From Candidatus Sumerlaeales bacterium (GTDB lineage Bacteria > Sumerlaeota > Sumerlaeia > Sumerlaeales > Sumerlaeaceae), in the NCBI GenBank assembly GCA_038243585.1, contig JBBSQY010000009.1:1-64000 (forward strand): a DNA stretch of 64,000 nt, in the 5' to 3' direction. Made by a program: the position numbers and the translations under genes. Positions 36,897 to 47,221 of this stretch are shown in pieces. The notes beneath the pieces are model-generated. The model had not been told where the DNA came from and ran no database searches. It was given only the letters and a program-made list of their open reading frames with translations. Each line of letters begins with the position of its first letter. Positions within the stretch are counted from its first letter, which is position 1.

Positions 36897-37835
36897 CTAA
36901 GGCGAAGGGGTTTCCATGAACTCGCTGATCAGACCTTCACGCACGCCGGCGTCGCTCACGGAAAACTCTTTAACTTTCATGTGATCGAGAACGCTGGTTA
37001 ATATAATCGCGCCGGGGATTATCAAACGCGCCCGGCTTTCATCCGTGCAGGTAGTGCGTGAGATGTTGCTTACTGTCATTTGTACGAGTTCAGCGGTGAT
37101 CTCCGACACATCGCGAATTTCGATACTGCTGTCGGGCGCGGCCATATTCCTGGACTTAACGGCAGCGGCTAACGCGCACGCGGTGCCACCGATGCAGGTG
37201 GTTTGCTGCGAAGATTGAAATTGGTCAAGAGGGGCATTGGAAATGGTCTGCTTTACCATTTTACGCAATTTCGCCACTACATCCTGTTCATAAATGTCGG
37301 GCATACCAACATGTTTTGCAAGGCGAACTGCTCCAATGGGCAGGCTTACAGCTGCTTCAATTTCGCCACCTGGTCTTACCTTAATGATTTCGGTACTGCC
37401 GCCGCCAATGTCCACGATCAGGTTTTCCCGTTTTGATCCCATGTCAAAAGCAACGCCGCGGGCAGCCAGGCGCGCCTCTTCATCACCGGTGATCGCTTTA
37501 AGTTCGATGCCGGCTTCCATCTGCACGCGGATGAGGAAGGCGTCGCAGTTGGTGGCCTCGCGAATGGCGCTGGTGGCCACTGCGGGAAGGCAAATCATAT
37601 TTTGGTCGCGGGCTATGCGGGCAATTTCACGCAGGGCTTCTACGGCTGCGTCCATATCGTCATCTGCAAGTGCCCCGGCAACAAAGGTGCCGGCGCCGAG
37701 TCGAATGGGATAACGCTTTCGGGATTGAAGAATGGGCGTAAGGCGGACGTTGAGCCGAAACACGCTAAAGCGGATTGCATTGCTGCCAACGTCTATGGCG
37801 CCAAGCATTTCGTAAGGGTTAAGATTCTGATTCAA
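36897..37835 (-). CDS. Ppx/GppA-family phosphatase (short form, no HD domain)
   Basis: AIDVGSNAIR, ATSAIREATN, GDEEA, DIGGGSTE, GVREG. Confidence 0.9.
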   Translation of the reverse strand: MNQNLNPYEMLGAIDVGSNAIRFSVFRLNVRLTPILQSRKRYPIRLGAGTFVAGALADDDMDAAVEALREIARIARDQNMICLPAVATSAIREATNCDAFLIRVQMEAGIELKAITGDEEARLAARGVAFDMGSKRENLIVDIGGGSTEIIKVRPGGEIEAAVSLPIGAVRLAKHVGMPDIYEQDVVAKLRKMVKQTISNAPLDQFQSSQQTTCIGGTACALAAAVKSRNMAAPDSSIEIRDVSEITAELVQMTVSNISRTTCTDESRARLIIPGAIILTSVLDHMKVKEFSVSDAGVREGLISEFMETPSP

Positions 37836-37847
37836 AACGTGTTGACG

Positions 37848-40055
37848 TTAACGGGCGGGCAGCAACTGAAGCATGATGTCAGTAACACCTTTACGTTGAA
37901 CGGCAGTAAACTCCTCTTTGGATGTGGCATAGATTACAATTGTGCTTTTTTGCTTTTCCGGAACAAGGATCAGCATCAAATTTTGATTTTGCTTCGAAAA
38001 CTCTCCTGCCTGAAAGCCGGTTCCAAGCTGCTCTTCATCTTTTTTCCATCCCTCGTCGGTCATAGCCTTAAAGGTGGAGGCACTCTTTAAAGCCCCAGGG
38101 TCCCTCGCGATTCGGATTTCTAGACCACTTCCATCAGAAAAGAGAATCATCCCGTCCGCCTCTTCACTGGTGGCTTCCCAGCCAGTCGGCGCAGTCAACG
38201 TCACATTTAAAGCTTTGCTTTTGACGGTTTTGCCGCTAGCCACTGCGGAAGCAGACGTTGTCGCGTCGGTGGGCGACGCGGTAGGGCTGGGGCTCGCTTC
38301 TGGCGTGACAGCAGCGGCGGTCGCAATTGGAGTTGCCGCCGTTGGTTTTGGCAGACCGCCAGTACTCGCTGGCGCAGGAGCCGGAGGTGCGGCTGGCGGT
38401 TTTTGAGCGGGGATTGGAGGAGCTGTGAGATTTTTCACCAGTAGCAGGTTAATAGAATCCTCATCAAGTCTTGACAGAGATTGCTCGGACGTCTCCAGAA
38501 AGGCCATCGCGGGCGCGCCGGACGAAGGTTGGTGCAGCGCTGCCATAAGGTGGGTGTTCCCGACGCGGGATTTTAAGGTTTTGACTTTCACCCCGTCTAC
38601 AGTTGTCTCTTCGGGTTGTCCTATTATCTGAGCCCCGTTGCGCTGAAGCAATTGCCTCATGTGGGCTTCGTTTAGCTTGGGATCCCGCACATAGTCGACA
38701 GCCACTTCTTTGTCGTTGGATTCTGTGCTGATGTAGTTATCGCTATTAAGGGTGGTCCACGCTTTTGGCACCTGAACGGTAAAGGTTCCGGGCATATTTT
38801 TTAACGGCGTTAGATCTTCCAACGCTTCTTCATAATTTCCACGTGCCACTGAGGAATCCGAGGGCGTCTTGTCGCCGGAAGGCCACAGGGCTATTATGCC
38901 TATGAGAACCACGACGGCTATTGCACCCAAGACGACTTTTCTTCCGGGCTTAAATTTAAGTTTATGCGCAAGAGGAACGATAGCGGGCATGGCAAAACGG
39001 AGTTTATTAAAGGGATTGCTGGCCGGCGGTGCGGCGGAGGCAGGGTCTGTCTCAGCTACGGGCTTTTCCTGATCGCCGGGGATCGCGTCGTTATCAGCAT
39101 CTGACGCGTCTGCGTCCGTAACCGGGTTGGAAGCCGGACTGGTCAAATCTTCCGAACCAACTGGGTCGCCATTTCCGGGTGCAGATGTATTGGGGGGAGT
39201 TACAGCGGAAGCGGGGACTCCGGTGGTGTATGGTTTTGCGCTTTGCATTGGAATGGCGCTCAACAAGCCTAGCGCACCCGCCGATGCATCATTCGGCTGT
39301 AATGCGCTAACGGGTGGTGCCGGAGCGGGCGCTTCCCGTTTTATTACCGGGCTAAGGGGGCGGTGATTAGGGTAATGCCGCTTGGCGCTATCGACATGAA
39401 ACCGAGCTTGCGGACCGCCGTCACCGAGCATTATAACGTCGCCCTCGAGAATTTCCATGGGCTGATCCAGAAGCTCACCGTTTACATAGGTGCCGTTGCG
39501 GCTGGAATCGGTCAGAACAAAGTGGCCATTTACGTAGCGGATGTTGCAGTGATTTCCGCTGACAATCATATCACCGCGAGGATCGAGGGGAACTTCAAGG
39601 TCCGCCCTGCGTCCGATGTTTGATAAAACACCAGCGTTAACAGGAAAGATGCGACCGGCGTCGGAGCCTGAGAAATATTCGAGCTCAGCCGAAACAGGAA
39701 ACATCTGCGGCAGAGGTTGTGTGCCGGGAACAGGCAGACCGGTCCGAAATATTACCTCGGGCCCTTCCAGGCCAAAGCGGACGTAGTCCTCGTGCATCAG
39801 AGCGCAGCGCTCATGAACCCTCTCACCGTTTACCCAGGTGCCGGCTTTTGAGCCAAGATCGTATAGACAGTAGATGTTTCCGTCTTCTAAAAGAACTTCG
39901 GCGTGCTGGGGAGCCACCTGGTCCAATTGAAAACTTTCGAGCCGAAAATCGCAGCTCCCGGCCCGCCCAATTGATATCCTGGCTGTGTCGAACGCCTGCG
40001 CCTCGCCTTTGCGGGGTCCGGAATAAAATACAAAATGGCACGCTGTTCTATCCAA
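37848..40055 (-). CDS. Membrane-anchored tandem-FHA protein with extracytoplasmic domains
   Basis: Two FHA domains (IGR...H...GTWVNG; IGR...VSGNHC...SRNGTYVNG), Pro/Ala linker, one TM, two PsbP-like PxxW domains. Confidence 0.8.
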   Translation of the reverse strand: MDRTACHFVFYSGPRKGEAQAFDTARISIGRAGSCDFRLESFQLDQVAPQHAEVLLEDGNIYCLYDLGSKAGTWVNGERVHERCALMHEDYVRFGLEGPEVIFRTGLPVPGTQPLPQMFPVSAELEYFSGSDAGRIFPVNAGVLSNIGRRADLEVPLDPRGDMIVSGNHCNIRYVNGHFVLTDSSRNGTYVNGELLDQPMEILEGDVIMLGDGGPQARFHVDSAKRHYPNHRPLSPVIKREAPAPAPPVSALQPNDASAGALGLLSAIPMQSAKPYTTGVPASAVTPPNTSAPGNGDPVGSEDLTSPASNPVTDADASDADNDAIPGDQEKPVAETDPASAAPPASNPFNKLRFAMPAIVPLAHKLKFKPGRKVVLGAIAVVVLIGIIALWPSGDKTPSDSSVARGNYEEALEDLTPLKNMPGTFTVQVPKAWTTLNSDNYISTESNDKEVAVDYVRDPKLNEAHMRQLLQRNGAQIIGQPEETTVDGVKVKTLKSRVGNTHLMAALHQPSSGAPAMAFLETSEQSLSRLDEDSINLLLVKNLTAPPIPAQKPPAAPPAPAPASTGGLPKPTAATPIATAAAVTPEASPSPTASPTDATTSASAVASGKTVKSKALNVTLTAPTGWEATSEEADGMILFSDGSGLEIRIARDPGALKSASTFKAMTDEGWKKDEEQLGTGFQAGEFSKQNQNLMLILVPEKQKSTIVIYATSKEEFTAVQRKGVTDIMLQLLPAR

Positions 40056-40182
40056 GGGTTGCCTGGCTCCTGTTAAAAGTTACATGATGAATGACATATA
40101 CTAAAAGCCCGAACCACTTCTATAAACCGCGAAAAAAAGTTTGTATCATCAACACATGGTGCCTTGAAGGGCACCAGGTTGA

Positions 40183-41946
40183 TTAATCATCAACTGTAAT
40201 GCGCATAACTTCTTCTATTGTCGTCTGCCCGATCATCGCTTTTTCCCAGCCGTCCATGCGCAGGGTGCGCATTCCGTACTTCATGCCCACTTTTTTAAGT
40301 TTCGTGCCCGATTCCATGCGCATGATAAGCTGGCGAATTTCCGGATTATTGTTAAAGATTTCGTGGATAGCGGTACGTCCGCGATAGCCGGATTTGCTGC
40401 AACGGTCGCAGCCGCGCCCTTTGTAGAATGAGCGTTCACCATACTTGTCAGGGTCGAAGCCGGCGTTAGCGATTTCCTGCGGGGTGGCCTTGTACTCGGT
40501 TTTGCACTGACTGCAGACTCGACGAACCAGACGCTGGGCAATAACCGCCTGGAGAGAGCTGGCCACCATGAAAGGCTTTACGCCCATATCAATCAAACGA
40601 ACGCAGGCGCTGGGAGCGTCGTTTGTATGTAGCGTACTGAACACAAGGTGGCCGGTCAACGCGGCGCGAATCCCAATTTCTGCGGCTTCAAGATCGCGCA
40701 TCTCACCGACCATGATAACGTCTGGCGATTGGCGGAGAATGGCCCGCAAGCCGAGGGAGAAGTCCAGATCCACCTCGCGGTTAATCTGCACCTGGTTGAT
40801 GCCGTCGAGCATATACTCGACTGGATCTTCAATGGTTACGATTTTCGTTTCTGCGTTGTTGATGGTCGACAGGGCGGAGTAGAGGGTGGTCGTTTTGCCG
40901 GAACCAGTGGGGCCTGTCATGAGAATAACGCCGTTGGGACTGCGGATCAGTTCCTGGAATCTGGCCACAGTGTCGGGTAGAAAACCTACATCCTCCAGAC
41001 CCATCAGCACGCTCGACTGATCCAGAAGACGCATAACAATAGACTCGCCGTAAACCGATGGGATTGACGATACGCGGACGTCCAGCCGTTTTCCGGGAAT
41101 GGTCAGTTTGATACGACCATCGAGCGGAACCCGCTTTTCGGCCAAGTCCATTCCAGATAGAACCTTCAGGCGGGAAATAATGGAGTTTTGCCACTTCTTT
41201 GGCGGAGCCGGATATTCGTGAAGCACGCCATCGATCCGAAACCGCACGGTAATGCCGGTTTTTGTTGGCTCCACGTGGATATCTGATGCGCGATCGTTGA
41301 CGGCGGTGCGGAAAATGAGATCGACATATTTAACGGCGGGCGGCTGGTCCGTTTTAGTTTCTTTAAGATCAACTGCGGCGTATTGGTCGTCTTCTGTTTC
41401 TTTGTGTTCTGCCGCAACAGCGTCGTCGGCCATGCCCCCGTAGAGATCGGCAATATTGTTGCTCTCATAATAGTGAGCGATAAACTTATCGACCTCAAGC
41501 TGATCAGCCACCATCGGGTGGATGCGCTTCTGGTAAATGCGTTCGAGATCGTCTGTAATCTGAATGTTGAGAGGATCAGCCAGGGCCAAATAAAGATCAT
41601 CGCCCTCCGCCCGTATCGGAAATACGCGGTACTTAATGGCATGTTTGGCATCGATCAGCTTGACTAGTTCCGGCGTGATCTTTAAGTCTTTCATGTTGGC
41701 GCGTTCATAGCCCATGTTCGTGGCCAGAGCGTCCAGAAGCTCGTCTCCGCCCACCAGGTTTTGAGAGGAAACGTTATGCTTCAGCGTTTGCGCGCTCTCG
41801 CCTTCCGGCAGAACCCTTTTTAACGGGGCGTTGCCGTTGCTTCCGGGAACGCGGTTTGGAGGCGCTCCTGCGCCGGGCACTTTTTGCGCAGCGGTGCCCG
41901 GTTCAATCTGGGGGGCTTTAGGGGTCGTATCCTTGGTATCGCTCAT
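40183..41946 (-). CDS. GspE/PilB-family secretion/pilus assembly ATPase
   Basis: ASDIHVEP, RFRIDG, TGPTGSGKTTT, TIEDPVE, LRQSPD, GHLVFSTLH, CxxC pairs; AGGAG SD before MSDTK. Confidence 0.93.
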   Translation of the reverse strand: MSDTKDTTPKAPQIEPGTAAQKVPGAGAPPNRVPGSNGNAPLKRVLPEGESAQTLKHNVSSQNLVGGDELLDALATNMGYERANMKDLKITPELVKLIDAKHAIKYRVFPIRAEGDDLYLALADPLNIQITDDLERIYQKRIHPMVADQLEVDKFIAHYYESNNIADLYGGMADDAVAAEHKETEDDQYAAVDLKETKTDQPPAVKYVDLIFRTAVNDRASDIHVEPTKTGITVRFRIDGVLHEYPAPPKKWQNSIISRLKVLSGMDLAEKRVPLDGRIKLTIPGKRLDVRVSSIPSVYGESIVMRLLDQSSVLMGLEDVGFLPDTVARFQELIRSPNGVILMTGPTGSGKTTTLYSALSTINNAETKIVTIEDPVEYMLDGINQVQINREVDLDFSLGLRAILRQSPDVIMVGEMRDLEAAEIGIRAALTGHLVFSTLHTNDAPSACVRLIDMGVKPFMVASSLQAVIAQRLVRRVCSQCKTEYKATPQEIANAGFDPDKYGERSFYKGRGCDRCSKSGYRGRTAIHEIFNNNPEIRQLIMRMESGTKLKKVGMKYGMRTLRMDGWEKAMIGQTTIEEVMRITVDD

Positions 41947-42226
41947 GACGTCGGTACTCCTGTGCCGGCAATCCGGCCTGGCTGGTGGTATCTTCTTGAA
42001 GCGTAATTGCCCATGTGGCGGTGGCAATCAAATTTATTGGTATGAGGGCTTTTTATCAGCAAATTTCCAGCGGCGACCCTCAGAGAATGGAACTATCGTA
42101 AACCTAATGAGAGACCTACCGCGACAGCGAAAAATGATGCAGAAACAAACATGAAGTCAGGTTTTTCTAATGTGCGGAATGGCAGGGGAGTGGAGAAGAA
42201 AAAGCAAAAAAGAAGAGTGTCTGAAC

Positions 42227-42269
42227 AAAAAAAATCCCCGTCACCGGTTGCGGCAACGGGGATACTTTT
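42227..42269 (-). terminator. Intrinsic terminator
   Basis: A-run, atccccgt...acggggat stem, tttt. Confidence 0.7.
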
Positions 42270-42281
42270 AAACTGATCGCG

Positions 42282-42572
42282 TTATTTGGCGATAGTTAGC
42301 TTATCTGTCCCGCCGGTGTTCAGGTTCAATCGGCTTGGCGGTGCGCTCTGCGGCCCGGGCTGTCCATAGACAGGGGTCTGCAGGTACGGGCCACCGGGCG
42401 GCAGCGGGAATTCCGGATACTCGCGAGGGCACGGCTTTGGGCCGGGCGCACAGGCGGGGTCGCCGTTAAAGCCAGCGAACACCTGGGATCCACGCATGCC
42501 ACTCTGACACCCGGCCAGCAAGACGGTCGCAGCAGCGGCGGTAACAACTATTTTTACGATTCTTCCAAACAT
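42282..42572 (-). CDS. Small Pro-rich lipoprotein
   Basis: GGAGG SD; MFGRIVK...LLAGC lipobox; two further Cys. Confidence 0.75.
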   Translation of the reverse strand: MFGRIVKIVVTAAAATVLLAGCQSGMRGSQVFAGFNGDPACAPGPKPCPREYPEFPLPPGGPYLQTPVYGQPGPQSAPPSRLNLNTGGTDKLTIAK

Positions 42573-42749
42573 ATAACCTATTCCTCCTACAACACTCGCG
42601 CAATACCTGCGCCAGCGGGACCCGTCGGTCAACTGAAATTTCTAATAAAATCAGATTTTTCGGAAACTTTCTTTAAGGAAGTGTGTCACGGAGTCATTCA
42701 CTACGCTAAACAGGTTAGGTCGTCCTGCTACATTCGTTTCCCATAATTC

Positions 42750-43631
42750 ATGACTAATCAATCATCCAGTCCCCAACCCGTGCTTGTAACCGGCGCTTCC
42801 GGGCATACGGGCAGCCGCCTGGTTTTGGCGCTTTTGGACGCTGGGTATCCGGTGCGAATCCTTACGCGCGAGCCTGATCGGGTAGCCACCGATGTGCGCC
42901 AGCGGGTGGAAGTTGTTCGCGGCGACCTCCTTAGTCCGGAAACCGCACAGGAAGCTTTCCGAGGGTGCCGGGCGGTTATCGCGGTCACCCATATCAAATT
43001 GGCGCCGGTTATCATTTCGGCGATGAAATCCGCGGGCGTTCGGCGTGGTATCTTCATGTCTTCGACGCGGCGGTTTACCAGATTTGTGGAAGAGACGGCT
43101 CGTCAGGTGATGGCTGGGGAGCAGGCTGTAGAAGACTCCGGCCTTGAATGGACGATCATTCGTCCCACCATGATATACGGCGGTGCGCAGGACCGAAACC
43201 TGGAGCCGCTTTTGTCAACGCTGAAAAAGTGGCCGGTGTTTCCGCTGCCGGCGGGAGGGCATATGTTGTGGCAGCCAGTTTTTACGTGGGATGTTGTGGC
43301 GGCGCTGATCTCATCCCTTGAGTGTACGGCGAGCATCGGTAAGGCCTATACGATCGCCGGGCCGGACGCTATTAGTTATCGTGACATGCTCGAGACCATG
43401 ATTGAGGAAGCGGGCCTGAAAACGCGGCTTGTGCCGGTGCCCCTGAGCGCAGCGAGGCCGCTGGTTTCGCTTTACGAAAAACTTTCGCGCCAGCCCAGGG
43501 TTCGGATGGATCAGATCCGGCGCATGGAAGAGAACAAGGATTTTAATATAAGCAGTGCCCGGCGAGAGCTAGGATTCGAACCTATTTCTTTCAGGGAGGG
43601 GATTCGGCGGAAGGTGCGGGGGGAGGTATGA
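42750..43631 (+). CDS. NAD(P)-binding extended SDR/epimerase-like protein
   Basis: VLVTGASGHTG, WTIIRPTMIYG, QPV..WDV, ARRELGF. Confidence 0.85.
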   Translation: MTNQSSSPQPVLVTGASGHTGSRLVLALLDAGYPVRILTREPDRVATDVRQRVEVVRGDLLSPETAQEAFRGCRAVIAVTHIKLAPVIISAMKSAGVRRGIFMSSTRRFTRFVEETARQVMAGEQAVEDSGLEWTIIRPTMIYGGAQDRNLEPLLSTLKKWPVFPLPAGGHMLWQPVFTWDVVAALISSLECTASIGKAYTIAGPDAISYRDMLETMIEEAGLKTRLVPVPLSAARPLVSLYEKLSRQPRVRMDQIRRMEENKDFNISSARRELGFEPISFREGIRRKVRGEV

Positions 43632-43715
43632 TGTGTAGGTGAAATTAAAACTTTCGACGCAAAGGCGCGAAGAAAAGCAGAAGAAAGAAAAAGCAGAAGA
43701 AAGAAAAGCCAAAAG

Positions 43716-45269
43716 CTATCGCCGTAAAATTTCGCTGCCCAGCATTACTGTTGCCCAAATGACTGCTGCTCCCAGTACATCGAAGATTATGCCGGTTTTT
43801 ACCATTCGGGTTATGGGGACGTATCCGGTGCCGTAGACAATGGCGTTTGGCGGGGTTGATACTGGTAGCATAAAACCAAAACTGGCTCCCATGCAGGCAC
43901 CCAGTGCGGGGGCAAGGGGGTCGACGCCGGCGGCCTGGGCCACGCTGATTGCCACTGGCACAACCATGGTGGCCGAAGCTGTGTTGCTGGTGGTTTCGCT
44001 AATGAGGATGCCGAAGATAATCGCCATGAGCGTGATCATCCCAACGCTGGAAACGTTAGTGCCTCTCAGTATAGACTCTCCGATTTCGCTGGCCAGCCCC
44101 GTGTTGAACGCCAGTTTTCCCAGAGCGATGCCGCCACCGAACAGCAAAATAGTACCCCAATCGATGCGCACAGCTTGATGCCAAGTGATTGTGAACTCGC
44201 CCCGGCGCATGTTTACCGGCAGCAGAAACAGCATCGATGCTGCAAGCACGGCCACTACCCCCTCGGGCATCACATCGCTATATTTATCGGCCATAAGTCG
44301 CGCGGTCTCTCCCGGGAAAAGTGCCAGCAGCCCAGGCAAAGTCCAAAGAATCACCGCCGTAAAAAACGCGATCAACGTGTTTATCTGGCCGCGTGTCCAC
44401 CGTCCCAGTCCGGATTTCCGCTCGCTCAGGTACTCTTTCAGGCCGTCAATGCCGCCAGTTTTGGGTTTATACATGATCAGGATGACCACATATAACAGGC
44501 CGAACATTATCAGAGTCGCGGGCAGGGCAAACACCATCCAGCGTACGAAGGAGATATCGACATCGAGGGTCTGGCGGATGAGGCCAATGCCGATTAAGTT
44601 CGGCGGTGTGCCAATGGGGGTGGCGATACCGCCGACGCTGGCGCCGTAGGCGAGAATCAGCATCAGGCCGGTGGCCACTTTTAAGTGGTCCGCCTGCGCT
44701 CCGGGCGTGTTTCGCCGGTTAAAAAGTTCCCGCATTTCCGCAATTATGCCGAGGCCTATCGGGGCCATCATAGCGACGGTGGCCGTGTTGCTGAGCCACA
44801 TGCTGAGGAACATGGCGATGCCGCCGAAGACGAGAAATACCCGGGCGATGCTGTTGCCGACCCAATCCAGTCCCAAAAGTCCCAAAGCGATGCGCCGGTC
44901 TAGACCATGGACCATCATGGCTTCCGCCAAAATGAAACCGCCGATAAAAAGAAACACGATGGGGTCGCCGAAGGAGGCCAGAAGCTCTTTAGCAGGGGCG
45001 ATCCCAAACATTACGCAAAGGGCCGGAGCCAGGATGGCCGTCACGGGAATGGGACTAGGTTCGCACATCCACCAGACGAGGGTGAGTGCGAGGATCGCGG
45101 CGAGTTTCGCCGCTTCAGGACTGACGCCCTGGACGGGGAAAACGAGCAGTAGAACGAAAAGCAAAGGTCCCAGCCAGAGACCGGTCAGCCGACGGATGCG
45201 ATCAAAGCGCTCTTCGCCGGCAGTTATCAGACCCTCAGGGTCGATGGTATGTGAGTTTGGCTCGGTCAT
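43716..45269 (-). CDS. DASS/SLC13 sodium-coupled anion symporter
   Basis: LFIGGFILA, SMWLSNTAT, TPIGTPPN, LLFGGG, SNTA, FMLPVSTPPNAIV. Confidence 0.93.
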   Translation of the reverse strand: MTEPNSHTIDPEGLITAGEERFDRIRRLTGLWLGPLLFVLLLVFPVQGVSPEAAKLAAILALTLVWWMCEPSPIPVTAILAPALCVMFGIAPAKELLASFGDPIVFLFIGGFILAEAMMVHGLDRRIALGLLGLDWVGNSIARVFLVFGGIAMFLSMWLSNTATVAMMAPIGLGIIAEMRELFNRRNTPGAQADHLKVATGLMLILAYGASVGGIATPIGTPPNLIGIGLIRQTLDVDISFVRWMVFALPATLIMFGLLYVVILIMYKPKTGGIDGLKEYLSERKSGLGRWTRGQINTLIAFFTAVILWTLPGLLALFPGETARLMADKYSDVMPEGVVAVLAASMLFLLPVNMRRGEFTITWHQAVRIDWGTILLFGGGIALGKLAFNTGLASEIGESILRGTNVSSVGMITLMAIIFGILISETTSNTASATMVVPVAISVAQAAGVDPLAPALGACMGASFGFMLPVSTPPNAIVYGTGYVPITRMVKTGIIFDVLGAAVIWATVMLGSEILRR

Positions 45270-45463
45270 GGTTGTCGTCCTTTATATGGAGAGCAGAAAA
45301 TCACTGAAAACCCGTGGTTCAATAAATTTCCGTATTAACGAAGCAATCATTAGGACTCAGTACGCAATTCAAGCCATGCATCTGCTTGATTCCATGTGGA
45401 ATGGCATTGGCTACTCTTTCAGATGTTAAACAAAAATTGAAAGCATCCAGGAGATCACACTTG

Positions 45464-46264
45464 ATGAAACGAATTCCTCTACTCATTTTGGGCGTTGCCG
45501 TCACCGCGACACTCTCAGCCAAAACCGTAACAAAGGTCGTTGAATACGATGCAGGCGGCACCCATTTCAACGGTGTTTCGGCTGTAGATCCTGAACGGGA
45601 GGGCAAGCGTCCAGGGGTGCTGTTGATTCCTGAGTACTGGGGCGTCAACGACTATATAACCAGCCGCGCGACCATGCTGGCTGACATAGGCTATGTGGCA
45701 TTCGTTGCCGATATGTATGGAGAGGGGCGAGTCACCAAGGACTCGGCAGAAGCAGGGAAGTGGTCTGGTGAGGTAAAGGGCGACCGCTTGATGATGCGTT
45801 TGCGTGCAAATGCAGCATTGGAACAATTGAAAGCGCATCCCGATGTAAATCCTGACCAAATCGCGGCCATCGGCTTTTGTTTCGGCGGAACCACAGTGCT
45901 TGAGATGGCACGATCAAATTTCGACGTTTTGGGCGTAGTCAGCTTTCACGGTGGGCTTGAAAAAGGCGATGCCGAATCCAGCCCCACGATTAAACCTAAA
46001 GTTGTGGTACTGCACGGGTCGGCCGATCCTCATGTATCCGACGCGTCCGTGGCCGCGCTCCGAGACGATTTAAACGCTGCTGAAGCCGACTGGTACATGG
46101 TCGCTTATGGTCATGCGGTTCACGCGTTTACAAATCCTGCCGCTGGCAATGACCCATCCAAAGGGGTTGCTTACAACGCGACAGCCGACAAGCGGTCTTG
46201 GGACGCGATGCGGCATTTCTTCGACGAGCTGTTCCCCGATTTCGTTGCTAGTGGAACACATTAA
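45464..46264 (+). CDS. Exported dienelactone hydrolase family protein
   Basis: Signal peptide; PEYWG, GFCFGG, SFHG, HAFTNP. Confidence 0.92.
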   Translation: MKRIPLLILGVAVTATLSAKTVTKVVEYDAGGTHFNGVSAVDPEREGKRPGVLLIPEYWGVNDYITSRATMLADIGYVAFVADMYGEGRVTKDSAEAGKWSGEVKGDRLMMRLRANAALEQLKAHPDVNPDQIAAIGFCFGGTTVLEMARSNFDVLGVVSFHGGLEKGDAESSPTIKPKVVVLHGSADPHVSDASVAALRDDLNAAEADWYMVAYGHAVHAFTNPAAGNDPSKGVAYNATADKRSWDAMRHFFDELFPDFVASGTH

Positions 46265-46306
46265 CTGGATTTGAAAAATGCCTGTTGTTCTGAAGTAAAG
46301 AAACTG

Positions 46307-46330
46307 GCGCGGGGGCATTCGCCCCCGCGC
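46307..46330. terminator. Strong GC hairpin after the dienelactone hydrolase gene (no clear U-tract)
   Basis: gcgcgggggc-attc-gcccccgcgc. Confidence 0.5.
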
Positions 46331-46430
46331 AAAGTCTGTTGTAATCAATCTATCCTGTTGCTTATCTACCTGCGGCCTAGCAATATTTTCTTAGAAACAG
46401 CGGAGAATAGAACGGAGAGGTTTGATAGCG

Positions 46431-46745
46431 ATGATAGTGGTAAACACGGAGTATGTGGCGGGGCGCGAGATAATGGAGATCAAAGGGCTCGTGCAGGGGA
46501 GTACTGTTCGGGCGAAGCACCTTGGTCGTGATATTGCCGCAGGGGTTAAAAATATGTTTGGCGGCGAGCTGAAAGGCTACACTGAGTTGCTGGTGGATGC
46601 CCGCCGGGAGGCTACCGAACGGATGATAAGCCAGGCGCGGCAACTGGGCGCTAACGCCGTGGTCAACGTGCGGTTCGCCACAAGTAGCGTGACTTCCGGC
46701 GCGGCGGAGCTTTACGTATATGGCACGGCCGTGGTGTTGATTTAA
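46431..46745 (+). CDS. YbjQ/UPF0145 family protein
   Basis: GLVQGSTVRAKHLGRD, GGELKGYTELL, GANAVVNVRF, YGTAV. Confidence 0.92.
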   Translation: MIVVNTEYVAGREIMEIKGLVQGSTVRAKHLGRDIAAGVKNMFGGELKGYTELLVDARREATERMISQARQLGANAVVNVRFATSSVTSGAAELYVYGTAVVLI

Positions 46746-46747
46746 TC

Positions 46748-47221
46748 ATGGCGAGCGAAGCGGTAGGCGCAATTATCCAATTTGCGTTCCCTGTGGTCAT
46801 GCTGATAATTTTTTTTTTCATAGGACGAAACGTGGAGCGCCGGCACCTGGAGCGACTGTTGGAGCGCGAATCCGCCCTCAGCCATATTCGGGTTGAAAAC
46901 ATAAAAAATCTGCCGCCGGGTTGGACTGTGACGGCCGAACCCCTGCTAGTTTATGGTTCCGTGGTGGTCGCGAACGACTACTATAAAGTTTTCATAAGCG
47001 GGCTTAAGAAAATTGTCGGTGGACGGCTGGGCGAGTACGAACGACTTCTTGATCGCGGGCGCCGTGAGGCAATCGTGAGAATGAAGACGATGGCGGACGA
47101 GCATGGGTGTAATATAGTGTGGAATATGCGCGTGGAGACGGCCATGATGCAGGATCGGCCGGGGCGCGCCGCTTCCAGTGCAGAACTTTATGCTTACGGT
47201 ACCGCCATGCGCGTGCAATGA
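46748..47221 (+). CDS. YbjQ-like protein with N-terminal TM helix
   Basis: N-terminal hydrophobic helix; GSVVVANDYYK, GGRLGEYERLLDRGRREA, YGTA. Confidence 0.85.
   Translation: MASEAVGAIIQFAFPVVMLIIFFFIGRNVERRHLERLLERESALSHIRVENIKNLPPGWTVTAEPLLVYGSVVVANDYYKVFISGLKKIVGGRLGEYERLLDRGRREAIVRMKTMADEHGCNIVWNMRVETAMMQDRPGRAASSAELYAYGTAMRVQ

Noticed and set aside
43639..43836. 65-aa Lys/Glu-rich ORF
   Set aside because: Arises from the purine-rich repeat tract and overlaps the DASS gene antisense
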